A stretch of 64,000 nt of DNA from a virus (IMGVR_UViG_3300032321_001270:96001-160000); one strand, 5' to 3'. Numbered from the stretch's first letter, positions 45,921-54,537 are shown. Notes: generated by a model not told the origin, from the sequence alone. A program made the numbers and translations.

Positions 45921-45956
45921 TCCCAATTTCAACCGTGAAATTAGGGTATTTTGAAA

Positions 45957-46229
45957 TTATGTGCCGTTTTGCACGACGCTCACGTTGTGTTGCGTCATTT
46001 TTTCGTTGAGCCATTTATCCTCGGCCGCCAACGCCGCCGCCCGACATTTAAACCCGGTGAACAGCGGACCGCCGACTGGCGACAGGTCTGCCATCCACTC
46101 TCCGGGCTTTTCTTCATTTGGTTCGACGTGGCTGGCCCTTTTGATATCAAGACTGCCCAGCGTAGACAAATCGATGTCTTCGCCGTAAAGGCACTGGGCG
46201 GTCCCATTTGGTCTGATGTAAATGTTCAT
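45957..46229 (-). CDS. Small conserved protein of the DUF1257/DUF2997/AAA neighbourhood
   Basis: IRPNG.AQCLYGE.IDL..LG.L.I.RASHVEP...W.ADLSPVGGP...R..AL.AE..WL (recalled from planctomycete clusters). Confidence 0.7.
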   Translation of the reverse strand: MNIYIRPNGTAQCLYGEDIDLSTLGSLDIKRASHVEPNEEKPGEWMADLSPVGGPLFTGFKCRAAALAAEDKWLNEKMTQHNVSVVQNGT

Positions 46230-47188
46230 ACGCCACCCATAGACATGAGACGTCTGGCTGGGACAAGCGCATCCATATTGACCGGCTGCGTTGTGGGCAT
46301 CAGGTGGTTTAGCGCGCGGGCTCTTTGGCTCCGCGGTACATTATACGCCTGAAACTGATCGTATCGTTCAATGGTTGCCGCAGGGAATATTGCGTCCTCT
46401 GTGACCGAGATACGGTCGTAGCCGTTAGTGGATGTGGGCGGCCTGAAAATGATGCGGCCGCCAATCACCATGCAATGACCGCCAAATACCAGCAGCGCGT
46501 TGATCGACTCGACATTTGCAATGACAGCAAAGTCAACGACCTTGAGCCGATTTTCGTCAAGTAGCGATGTGTCTGTGTTACCTTTGTATAAAGACAGTTG
46601 ATGCAGTTTGCTGGAAAGCACCTGCGCGTTGCCGGCGACAGTGACGTAACCCTGTAGCGTAGATTTGCACACGTGTGCGTCGCCTGCAATATACGCAGCG
46701 CCCTCCATCGACGTCATCATGACAACCGCTTCGCCGGCAATCCTCGAATCGCCGCGCATGGTGCAGCTTTTAACCGTCGGGTTTCCGAGCACAATTGCAC
46801 GATCCTGCAACACAGTGGAGCCCAGTAGCGTTCCGCCAATTACTCGCGCCATATGCAGCACGCGCGAATCATCAGCCGCCCGCGCTTGACCACCAACATA
46901 CGCCGTGTTTGTTACTTTTACGCGATCAGTGAGATGGGCATAACCACAAACCTGCGCTTTGTGCGTAATCTCTGCTCTACCTTCTACTACTGCGTGGTGA
47001 TATACCTGCGCAAATTTATTTACAAACGCTGTATCAGCTACTTTGGCTGTATCTGCAACCCAGCCGCCGCCGTTGGCGTGCCGGTGCGCAAAAACTCGAC
47101 CAAGACCGTCTTTAAAATCGTGCTTGGACGCCCGTTTCTTTCGAATCTTCTTCGCGGTCGCCGTAGACGATGTTTCCTCCATTCTCAC
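46226..47188 (-). CDS. Left-handed beta-helix (hexapeptide-repeat) protein
   Basis: HRHANGGGWVADTAKVADTAFV followed by 6-residue xxAxV repeats. Confidence 0.75.
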   Translation of the reverse strand: MRMEETSSTATAKKIRKKRASKHDFKDGLGRVFAHRHANGGGWVADTAKVADTAFVNKFAQVYHHAVVEGRAEITHKAQVCGYAHLTDRVKVTNTAYVGGQARAADDSRVLHMARVIGGTLLGSTVLQDRAIVLGNPTVKSCTMRGDSRIAGEAVVMMTSMEGAAYIAGDAHVCKSTLQGYVTVAGNAQVLSSKLHQLSLYKGNTDTSLLDENRLKVVDFAVIANVESINALLVFGGHCMVIGGRIIFRPPTSTNGYDRISVTEDAIFPAATIERYDQFQAYNVPRSQRARALNHLMPTTQPVNMDALVPARRLMSMGGV

Positions 47189-48129
47189 TCCATTCGCATG
47201 ACGCGTCGGCGTGGCGCGTCGGTGATCAGGCTGTCGAGCGAAACCTTGAGATCGCTCATCTGAGTACGAAGGGTCTGCTGCATTTCTTCGTTCTTGCGCA
47301 GTTCCTTCGGGTCGACGCCGGCGACCAGCGCGTTGGCTTGATCAATCAACGCCTCAAGCTGCGCGTTCGACCGCACATTCATGTGACGGAAATTCTCGTA
47401 GAACTCTTTGAAGTTCTCGATTGTCGACGCGGTGAATACCTTTTTCTTGCCGTCCGGTTCTTCTGTGAGCCGCTCGATAAGATGCGTGACAAGGCCCTGT
47501 AGCGTTTCTGCAAACGCGTCTTCGGCCATAGCCACGGCATTCTCAAATCGTCGTTGCACGCGGTTCTGCTCAGCCTGATAGACCCCCGGGTTGAGCGCCA
47601 CAAGATAACGTGGCGGCTCGATCGGCGGGTACTCCCACGAGATATCAAAAACGCCTTCCAGCGTCGCCGGGTAATCGTTGGGATTAAACAGGCTTCCAAG
47701 CTTTTCGCGGGCGGCATTTTTGATGGCGTCGTACTCAAGCTGCAGGTTTGCCACAGCGGCTGCGAGCTGATCTTTGTATCCGCTCATCGTTTCTTCAAAG
47801 CGCGCGACGTCTTCCTGCTTAATCAACCGCGTACCCTCTTGTGGATACGGCAGCGTAATACCGCGCCAAAAAGTCTGCGCCTGACTCTTGATCGCGGTGG
47901 CCGCGCGGTAGGCCGGATGCTTGGTGTCAATCAGTCTCTTCGACGCGGTGACCAGATCAGTCGCGGCGTCGAACGTGTCGGCAGCCTGCTTGGTCTGCGC
48001 ATCTGAAAGCTTGCGCTGAGTGCCAAGCCACGAGAAGGAAAGCCGGACCGCGCCCATCGTCTGACGCAGATCGTTCGCTGTCTGCTCTATTGAATTTGTT
48101 TCTGGTGTTGTAATTTCTGTTGTAGACAT
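47185..48129 (-). CDS. DUF3150-like helical protein
   Basis: RLSFSWLG..RKL...ASKRLID...TLPYPQEG.RL; position in the AAA cluster. Confidence 0.55.
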   Translation of the reverse strand: MSTTEITTPETNSIEQTANDLRQTMGAVRLSFSWLGTQRKLSDAQTKQAADTFDAATDLVTASKRLIDTKHPAYRAATAIKSQAQTFWRGITLPYPQEGTRLIKQEDVARFEETMSGYKDQLAAAVANLQLEYDAIKNAAREKLGSLFNPNDYPATLEGVFDISWEYPPIEPPRYLVALNPGVYQAEQNRVQRRFENAVAMAEDAFAETLQGLVTHLIERLTEEPDGKKKVFTASTIENFKEFYENFRHMNVRSNAQLEALIDQANALVAGVDPKELRKNEEMQQTLRTQMSDLKVSLDSLITDAPRRRVMRME

Positions 48130-48708
48130 TCAGTCTTCCTCGTCTTCGTTAACCATCTCGTCAATATTGAACATTGTCACAAGATCTCGTGGCAGCGTAC
48201 TTTCGACCGCGGCGACTGTGTCGGGTATTTCGTACTCCTGTATCGCGCCGTTGTCGTAGATGCCGCAGAAATTTAATCCCGGCTCAAAAAAGTACGCTTT
48301 GACATTAAAGCCGCGAGACTGTCGCATGTACTCAAAGAATTCAACCGGCGGGGACCACGCGGAATCAAACCGAAGATTTACACGAGTGGCTGTCGGTCGT
48401 AGCGCCTGCCGACGCGGAGCATCTTTTTCGCGGCCCACATCCCATTTTGTACCCCAGTGACCCACTTGCCATTCGTACCAGTTTCTAGCGCCGTAGAGCT
48501 GAATGTTTTGCTGCTCTTGCGCCTCTAACGTTATTTGCTCAGGCGATCCAGCCGGCCCAGCACAACCAGCTACGGTATTTTTTAGTTCTGGCGGGCACGG
48601 CATAAATGTGCCCATAAGTTGTCCGCTATTCCATGCGCGCACAATGTTATTTAATTCTTTCAGATCTTCGTGTTTAAACGTCACATAGTTGGTGCACCAG
48701 TTTGGCAT
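48130..48708 (-). CDS. DUF1281/YubB-type ferredoxin-like protein
   Basis: MPNWCTN...WYEW...WGTKWD...FDSAWSPP...YFFEPG..FCG. Confidence 0.8.
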   Translation of the reverse strand: MPNWCTNYVTFKHEDLKELNNIVRAWNSGQLMGTFMPCPPELKNTVAGCAGPAGSPEQITLEAQEQQNIQLYGARNWYEWQVGHWGTKWDVGREKDAPRRQALRPTATRVNLRFDSAWSPPVEFFEYMRQSRGFNVKAYFFEPGLNFCGIYDNGAIQEYEIPDTVAAVESTLPRDLVTMFNIDEMVNEDEED

Positions 48709-48729
48709 AGCGTCTCCGATCAGCAATCC

Positions 48730-48761
48730 GCAGCTGCGGGGCAGTGACGCCCCGCAGCCGC
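48730..48761. promoter_or_regulatory. GC-rich intergenic hairpin without U-tract
   Basis: GCAGCTGCGGGGC-AGTGAC-GCCCCGCAGCCGC. Confidence 0.55.
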
Positions 48762-48776
48762 AGTATTGCCAATACT

Positions 48777-50261
48777 TTAGCCCTTGGCGGGCGCGGCCAC
48801 GCGGCGGCGACCGGCGACCGGCACAGCGGCCTTACCGACACGCGTATAGATACCGCGCGTATCCGCAGACAGGCAGCGGCCCTCGGCCCACTGGCGCAAG
48901 CGCTCGATCTGCTCAGCAGACGTAACCGAAACCGGAACCACGTTCTGCGCCGCTTCGACGAGCGGGATGTCGAGCAGCGCCGCCAGACGGCAGCAGCTCT
49001 TGATCTCGGCGCCAGTCCAGTTGGTGTCGTCGGGGCGCTCCTGTGAAGCGTCAACGCCAAACTGATTTAGATAGATATCCCAGATCGCCGACCGCTGGTC
49101 AGGGCCGGGCAGATCCACGAAGAAAATGCCGTCGAAACGCTCGGCGCGGGCGAACGGCGCGGGCAGCTGGCTCGCGTCATTGCAGGTGCCGATAAAGAAC
49201 ACGTCCGACGTGTGATCGTTCAACCACGTTAACAGCGTACCGAATAGACGCGCCGACACACCCGAGTCAGTCTGGCCGGAGCTACCGACGCCCGCCAGAC
49301 CCTTCTCGATCTCGTCGACGAACAGCACGCACGGCGCCATCGCGTCGACCTGTCGAAGCGCACGCCGCATGTTACCCTCGGACTCGCCCACGAACTTGCC
49401 CATGAGCGAACCGAAATCGAGCATGACGGTCGGACGACCTACTTCGTTACCAAGTGCCTTGGCAAACTGCGACTTGCCGCAGCCCGGCGGGGACAGCAGC
49501 AGTACACCCTTGGGGCGCTTGTCCACGTTCGTTTCGCCCTGACGCCGCATGGCGCGCAGGCAGAACGACTTGAGATTTTCAAGGCCGCCAAGGTTCTCGA
49601 AATTCGCGTCGCCGCGATACAGGGTCATGGTGCCGCTCTTTTCGAGCGTCTGCGCCTTGATGCCCCAGATCGTGTCCGGCGACAGTTTGTTATTACGCAC
49701 CAGCGACAGCGCGTACGCGTTCTCGGCCTCCTGCCGTGTCAGACCGCGGGAAGCGTCTACGACAGCGTCAACTTCCTGCGCGGTCGGCTTGGTAAACGCG
49801 CAGCCTTCCGGGAACAGATCGTTGCATACCGTCGTGAGCTGCGAGAGATCCGGCAACTCGTGATGAACCACCGTGAACAGCTTTTCAACCTCGGGCTGGA
49901 GCTGCAGAACCGGCGCCACAATGATGATGTGCTTGCCGTCGCCCTTGCCCTGCACAACCCGATTTGCCAGCGCCTGCAGAACCTCGGGGTTACCAAGGAA
50001 CCGGTGGAAGTTCTTCAGCACCAGAAGCATCGGCTGCTTCGGCTGCGGCTGGTCAAGAAACCGGAGAGCCTGCAGCGGGCCGGGAGCCGGAGCAATACCC
50101 GAATATAACTGGCGGTCGATGTCCCAGACGTCGAAGCCCCATTCCTTCTCTTCGGTTACCCTGCGAATCGACGCAATCGCATCGTCGCACTCCTGCGATT
50201 CAACCCAGATGCCGGAAAAGCCGGCGCAGACCAGCTCTTTGATTTCTTTTTCGAGTGACAT
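48777..50261 (-). CDS. Ycf46-like AAA+ ATPase (inactive N-domain + active C-domain)
   Basis: LVLKNFHRFL degenerate N-domain; SPPGCGKS, LFVDEIEK, GTCN, RAERFD, WTGAEI. Confidence 0.88.
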   Translation of the reverse strand: MSLEKEIKELVCAGFSGIWVESQECDDAIASIRRVTEEKEWGFDVWDIDRQLYSGIAPAPGPLQALRFLDQPQPKQPMLLVLKNFHRFLGNPEVLQALANRVVQGKGDGKHIIIVAPVLQLQPEVEKLFTVVHHELPDLSQLTTVCNDLFPEGCAFTKPTAQEVDAVVDASRGLTRQEAENAYALSLVRNNKLSPDTIWGIKAQTLEKSGTMTLYRGDANFENLGGLENLKSFCLRAMRRQGETNVDKRPKGVLLLSPPGCGKSQFAKALGNEVGRPTVMLDFGSLMGKFVGESEGNMRRALRQVDAMAPCVLFVDEIEKGLAGVGSSGQTDSGVSARLFGTLLTWLNDHTSDVFFIGTCNDASQLPAPFARAERFDGIFFVDLPGPDQRSAIWDIYLNQFGVDASQERPDDTNWTGAEIKSCCRLAALLDIPLVEAAQNVVPVSVTSAEQIERLRQWAEGRCLSADTRGIYTRVGKAAVPVAGRRRVAAPAKG

Positions 50262-50274
50262 GTGTTTCCTTTAG

Positions 50275-50466
50275 TTAGTTGCTCTCGGCGATCTGCTCGT
50301 CGTTGCTGGCGTTGTAGAACTCGCCAGTCAGCTGCTCATCAACCTTGGCGCCCAGCGCCTGCTCCAACGCGCGGGTCGCATCCTGACATGAACTACCGGT
50401 GTAGCCGCTCGTTTCGATCTTGGTGCCGCCCTTGGGGTCGACGATGATCTGGATAGTCTTGGTCAT
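50275..50466 (-). CDS. DUF2997 protein
   Basis: IQIIVDPKG..KIETSGYTG.SC..AT..LE.ALG......T.EFY. Confidence 0.85.
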   Translation of the reverse strand: MTKTIQIIVDPKGGTKIETSGYTGSSCQDATRALEQALGAKVDEQLTGEFYNASNDEQIAESN

Positions 50467-50468
50467 GT

Positions 50469-50834
50469 TCAGAAACCTCCCGTCAGATTGAGTTTGATGG
50501 AACCGTCCTGCAGCGTCTCTTCGTACACCGAATAGCCGCCCTTCTGAGCCTCGTAGATCGCCTTTTCAACCGCATACGCCTGCAGGAACTTGTCCAGCTC
50601 CGCCTGCTTGCCCCACGCGCCGTTGTAGTTGTCGTAGTTTGCGGCGCCGGTCTCGGTATTAAACACGGCCGGATACTGCCAGCCGGGAAGCTTTACAGCC
50701 ATGCCGTCGGCGCTCTGACCGGCGAACAGCACATGGTGCCCGGTCTTGGGCGCTTCCAGCCCTAGTCGACGGCACGCCGCTTCAACGGCCGCCGCATCCT
50801 TCACTTCCGTCTTGATCTGAACGATATGAGACAT
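50469..50834 (-). CDS. DUF1257 (Ycf35-like) protein
   Basis: MSHIVQIKTEV.D...V..AC.RLG...YDNYNG.WG...FLQAYAVEKA..EA...GY.V.E....DGSIKL. Confidence 0.85.
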   Translation of the reverse strand: MSHIVQIKTEVKDAAAVEAACRRLGLEAPKTGHHVLFAGQSADGMAVKLPGWQYPAVFNTETGAANYDNYNGAWGKQAELDKFLQAYAVEKAIYEAQKGGYSVYEETLQDGSIKLNLTGGF

Positions 50835-50836
50835 TG

Positions 50837-51157
50837 TTAGCCCCGTGTATCCTTTTTTGAAAGGTGATGTTGAAGTGCGCACATAATTGTGCTTTCAAAT
50901 TGTTCGGGCGAGATGTAATCAGTGCCCGCAAAGTATTCCAATAAAGCAACCGCCGTTTTGCGGTCATATACAAACTTAAATTGCCTCGGTCCGCGCGGCG
51001 TGTCTAAATGGTATTCCGTGATGTCGTGCAACGTCACGACTTCAGGAATGGCCAACACGTCGCTGTATTCGCGGCGCAGCCTGTCTAACGAGTCGAGCGC
51101 TGTTAAGATGCGCTCGCGATCTTCGTCTTGCAGTTTTTCTTCGTTGTATGGCGTCAT
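50837..51157 (-). CDS. Hypothetical protein, 106 aa
   Basis: ATGA coupling. Confidence 0.6.
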   Translation of the reverse strand: MTPYNEEKLQDEDRERILTALDSLDRLRREYSDVLAIPEVVTLHDITEYHLDTPRGPRQFKFVYDRKTAVALLEYFAGTDYISPEQFESTIMCALQHHLSKKDTRG

Positions 51158-51462
51158 CGGTACGCCACAACCTCGGCGCGTGTTTCAACCCAGACGTGCG
51201 CGCCACAAGAGAGCGGCGCGTCTGGCGAGTAGACAACCCGCGATTCTCCGCGGACGTCTACGTTTTTTGCTGCGTATGTTTTATTACGCCACTTTATGGT
51301 GAGCGGCGGTACGCGTATGTTTTGCTTTTTATTGTCTCGAATAATGTGCTGGTTAACGTGAATACGTTTAATTGTTCCAGCCGGCATCGTCATTTCATCG
51401 GCATCGCCCGGAAACCGGAGCGGAATGCGTGGTTCGAGCAGGCAGACATTGTCTGTCGCCAT
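51154..51462 (-). CDS. Widespread phage hypothetical protein
   Basis: IHVNQH.IR.N.K...P.LT.K...SRVVYSPD.PLSCGA.VW.ET; AAAGGA RBS. Confidence 0.75.
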   Translation of the reverse strand: MATDNVCLLEPRIPLRFPGDADEMTMPAGTIKRIHVNQHIIRDNKKQNIRVPPLTIKWRNKTYAAKNVDVRGESRVVYSPDAPLSCGAHVWVETRAEVVAYR

Positions 51463-51510
51463 GGTCTGATCCTTTCGTCTGCAGAGGGCAGACAAGATAA
51501 AGATATCTAA

Positions 51511-51553
51511 CCCGCTGTGGTACCGGCCATCCGTGACCAGTACCTGCAGCGGG
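51511..51553 (-). promoter_or_regulatory. Long intergenic hairpin capped by a CsrA-type CACGGAUG motif
   Basis: CCCGCTG-CA-GGTAC-TGGTCA-CGGA-TGGCCG-GTACC-A-CAGCGGG. Confidence 0.6.
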
Positions 51554-51565
51554 CAGATAATACGC

Positions 51566-52390
51566 TCAGCGGCTCATCATTGCGCCGAGCTGCTTGTGCG
51601 CGGTGAGAATTTCACCGGCCGTGTCGTAGCAACCATCGCAGGCTTCCAGAAACGCTGTCGCCGCTTTGAGCTGCCCCATCGGCAACATCGTGGTCTTCGA
51701 CGGCGCCGACTCGACGGCCCGATGCTTCGGAGTAACGCGAGGAGCCTCGGCCGCGCCGACGCGCTTGCCCTTTGCCGCAACGAAACTCTTTTCTTCCGAT
51801 CCGGCCTTGACGCCGCGTTTGGTCGGCTTGACGCCGGCTTTCTTGAGCAACTGGCTCACCTGAGCCGGGCTCACAACAACGCGCTTCTTGGCGAGCGCCG
51901 CCACGATATCGACACCGCGCAGCGAGTCACCAGATTCCTGACGACGCTCGATTTCCTCGCGGATGTGATCGGCGCCACTCTTCTTATCAGCCATGGCATT
52001 CACTTTCTTTTTGGTGCCGGACGTTTCTTCGGCCGACACAGTGGGATCATCATCTTTGTCGCTCTCCACAACGGAGTCGACCTCATCATCGCTTTCGTCA
52101 ACTACCTCGTCGCCTTCTTCAGGTTCGTACTCAGTTTCGTCTTCGTCTTCTGTCGCGTCGCTTTCTTCAAGCTCAGCAGCTTCGACGTAGGCAGCTTCGT
52201 TATCATCTTCAAGGACCGCATCTTCTTCAAGCTCTGCATCGACGTCCAAGTCAATGTCGTCGTCTTCTTCGTTGGTCCGCATCCGTGGGGCCTTTTCTTC
52301 CTTCTTCTCTTTTGCTGGCTTGCTGGTAGATCCGGGCAGTGGTTTGCCCCACAGATTTGCGGGGCTGATCAGGTCATCAGCTTTCGCCAT
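51566..52390 (-). CDS. Bipartite acidic/basic protein (possible nucleoid-associated protein)
   Basis: D/E-rich N-half; C-half KSGADHIR...DIVAALAKK.V.VSPAQVSQL HTH-like plus Lys-rich linker; AGGAGAG RBS. Confidence 0.75.
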   Translation of the reverse strand: MAKADDLISPANLWGKPLPGSTSKPAKEKKEEKAPRMRTNEEDDDIDLDVDAELEEDAVLEDDNEAAYVEAAELEESDATEDEDETEYEPEEGDEVVDESDDEVDSVVESDKDDDPTVSAEETSGTKKKVNAMADKKSGADHIREEIERRQESGDSLRGVDIVAALAKKRVVVSPAQVSQLLKKAGVKPTKRGVKAGSEEKSFVAAKGKRVGAAEAPRVTPKHRAVESAPSKTTMLPMGQLKAATAFLEACDGCYDTAGEILTAHKQLGAMMSR

Positions 52391-52408
52391 AACGCTCTCT
52401 CCTAGTGC

Positions 52409-52442
52409 GCCGCGGCCGAAAACACTTCGGCTGTCCTGCGGC
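52409..52442 (-). promoter_or_regulatory. Structured 5' leader
   Basis: GCCGC-AGGACA-GCCGAA-GTGTT-TTCGGC-C-GCGGC just upstream of the RBS. Confidence 0.5.
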
Positions 52443-52496
52443 TAAATGAAAAATACATCCCAGAAAACAAAAAGCAACTCAACAGCAAAAATGCCG

Positions 52497-52859
52497 TTAA
52501 TTACCTGTTTTATAGGCTTCGGGAATGTTGCCGTCGGCGTCCCGAAGTTTTCCGGCGTTTAGTTCTGGCCACTTCTGGTAAGAGTGGATTGCGCCGAGCA
52601 GGTTCCAAGAAGCGTGCGCCAAATGGTTTTCTGAACGATCGCCGTTTAAAAAACTGTAGATGTGCGCGATCGCATGATTCAGCAGGTCCGAAACTGGCAT
52701 TCCGTTTTCCCAGTTGTACGGACCAAATTTTTGCGCACCTTCGTGGTACGTTTCAGCTAAAGCGCGCAACGCCACCGGCGAGATCAAATCGTATCGTACG
52801 GCATCACAGTCTGCGCTTCGAACGGCGCCAGTGTCGTACTCATGTCGCGCCGCGGTCAT
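52497..52859 (-). CDS. dATP/dGTP diphosphohydrolase domain protein (DUF5664-type)
   Basis: TGAVR...RYDLISP.AL..LA.....GA.KFG..NW..G......HA..H....L.G.....HLAHA.WN. Confidence 0.85.
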   Translation of the reverse strand: MTAARHEYDTGAVRSADCDAVRYDLISPVALRALAETYHEGAQKFGPYNWENGMPVSDLLNHAIAHIYSFLNGDRSENHLAHASWNLLGAIHSYQKWPELNAGKLRDADGNIPEAYKTGN

Positions 52860-53160
52860 GGTCAACCTTCGTGGGTTTGAATGAGAAATAAAATCTCGGC
52901 TCGTCATTGAATGCGACGGTGCCGGCCAGCGCGTCACGTTTTCGAATCACGTGCACGTACGGCGGATCAAAGTGCGACACTTCGAATTCTTCTAGCAGTT
53001 GTTCGCTGTTCCACACCTGCTCGCCATATTGTTTTTTCAATACGTCTCGTATTTCGTCTGCGCCGCGTTTGGCTAATTGATCCTGCAGCACGTGAATCAG
53101 CGTCTGCCGCGCATTATCAAGCTTGATATGCGTTGCAAAATTTTCAACCTTGTTGGGCAT
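52840..53160 (-). CDS. Conserved phage hypothetical protein
   Basis: YGEQVWN..QL.EEFEV..F.PPYV.V.RK.D...G...F...PRFYF. Confidence 0.7.
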   Translation of the reverse strand: MPNKVENFATHIKLDNARQTLIHVLQDQLAKRGADEIRDVLKKQYGEQVWNSEQLLEEFEVSHFDPPYVHVIRKRDALAGTVAFNDEPRFYFSFKPTKVDHDRGAT

Positions 53161-53545
53161 TTGTGGTGTCGTCTGGTGCAAGCTTGTCCAGTGCGTCTTT
53201 CTGTGTTTTGATTTGTTCGGCAACATGCGCAGCATACTGGTCAAGCATACGAATCTGGCCAACGAGATCTTTGTGCACATCGACGCTGAATAGCGACAGC
53301 CGCCTGAGCAAGCTCAGAAGACTGGATGTAAACGGCGGTTCTTTGATGCGCAGGCTAAGAATGCCGGGAGGCGCGTTCTCGGGCTGCGAGTTCCATAACG
53401 GAACTAATGCAATCCCGTGTAGTTCAGGTACAGCAGCTAAGAGCGCGTCGCAAAATTCTTCACTGCGTTTCATAAACTCGACGTCAAATGATAATCGCGT
53501 TTGCGCGTTTTCTGGTTGCTGATCTGTTTGCTGCGGCGCATCCAT
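53144..53545 (-). CDS. Hypothetical protein
   Basis: ATG behind AAGGA. Confidence 0.6.
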   Translation of the reverse strand: MDAPQQTDQQPENAQTRLSFDVEFMKRSEEFCDALLAAVPELHGIALVPLWNSQPENAPPGILSLRIKEPPFTSSLLSLLRRLSLFSVDVHKDLVGQIRMLDQYAAHVAEQIKTQKDALDKLAPDDTTNAQQG

Positions 53546-53561
53546 GTAGTAAAAATCCTTG

Positions 53562-53909
53562 TTATTGGGTATATCTCGATTCTTTCGGGAGAAGGCCGTC
53601 AAGCACGTTCCCGAGACGCGTGGCGGCCAGACTGTAGATCACCAGCCGGACGCACACGTCAAAAATACCGCCGATATTGTTTCCTGCCAAGAGCAGCAAA
53701 AACAGATAAAACGGCGCATGATATGACTTGCAGAACGGGCAGTTGATCAGTTCCAGTATTTTTCCGCGCAAACTGTCGTATGGGGTCACATCTTGCCACG
53801 CCTGCGCGTACGCGCGAGCTGTTTCAAAAATAGATCCCTTGTGCCAAACTTCAATAATTGCGCCTGCGGCCAGCGTGACTGCAAAAAAATCAAACAAAGT
53901 TATTGTCAT
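53562..53909 (-). CDS. DUF1360-like membrane protein
   Basis: ELINCPFCKSYH between TM helices. Confidence 0.65.
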   Translation of the reverse strand: MTITLFDFFAVTLAAGAIIEVWHKGSIFETARAYAQAWQDVTPYDSLRGKILELINCPFCKSYHAPFYLFLLLLAGNNIGGIFDVCVRLVIYSLAATRLGNVLDGLLPKESRYTQ

Positions 53910-54088
53910 TGCCGCCTGCGTTTAGTTGATTCGGCTGTGTATCCGCCCATGAAACAGGCGCCGCTGTACACAACGCTTGCTGCAATCAGCAGACCAACTA
54001 TACCAATTTCTGGAAGGGCGCATACCCCGCCAATGAGAGCAAGTGCGGCGTATCCAGCGAATGTTGTATTTGGATCTGACCGTGCCAT
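53906..54088 (-). CDS. Small membrane protein
   Basis: Gly/Ala-rich hydrophobic stretch; ATGA coupling. Confidence 0.55.
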   Translation of the reverse strand: MARSDPNTTFAGYAALALIGGVCALPEIGIVGLLIAASVVYSGACFMGGYTAESTKRRRQ

Positions 54089-54089
54089 T

Positions 54090-54314
54090 TTATGTCGCTT
54101 GGTTGTCGCCGTGCGGCCACACCTGTGTACGTGTAGTATCCGGCGCGGCAGGGTTAAACTGGTACTGGGGTAGCGGCAACGGTGCCTCAAGTTTAAGATG
54201 GTTTACGGCGTTATCGGAGATGTGCAGCTGCGGACCGGGCCCGCGGCGTGTACCTTCCGTATAGTTTTGTTTACGCTCTTGATACAGTTTTGCTGAACGT
54301 CCAACGTTGGCCAT
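54090..54314 (-). CDS. Hypothetical protein, 74 aa
   Basis: GGAGG RBS. Confidence 0.6.
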   Translation of the reverse strand: MANVGRSAKLYQERKQNYTEGTRRGPGPQLHISDNAVNHLKLEAPLPLPQYQFNPAAPDTTRTQVWPHGDNQAT

Positions 54315-54372
54315 AAAACCTCCAATAAGTGAGCGACCGGGTCACCGTTTAGTATACCCAGTTGCTCACCGT

Positions 54373-54537
54373 TCACTTGCGAGTAGTTTCTTTCATGGCA
54401 GCTGTGGCTACTTCACACATGTAGCCCAATACATTTGCCAATCCAGCGAGTCCGTAGACGAAAACACATCCCGTATATTTGAGACTGTCTTCGACCCACT
54501 GAAACTCCCACTCGTTACCCGGGTTATTGTGGTTCAT
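54373..54537 (-). CDS. Small protein, 54 aa (MNHNNPGNEWEFQW...)
   Basis: Hand-translated; AGGT RBS; below track cutoff. Confidence 0.45.
   Translation of the reverse strand: MNHNNPGNEWEFQWVEDSLKYTGCVFVYGLAGLANVLGYMCEVATAAMKETTRK

Noticed and set aside
48800-48825. 7-nt tandem repeat GGCGACC
   Set aside because: Two to three copies within the Arg-rich C-terminal tail of the AAA gene; coding low complexity.
52280-52287. Third CACGGATG motif
   Set aside because: Inside coding sequence with only a 2-bp stem; consistent with chance.
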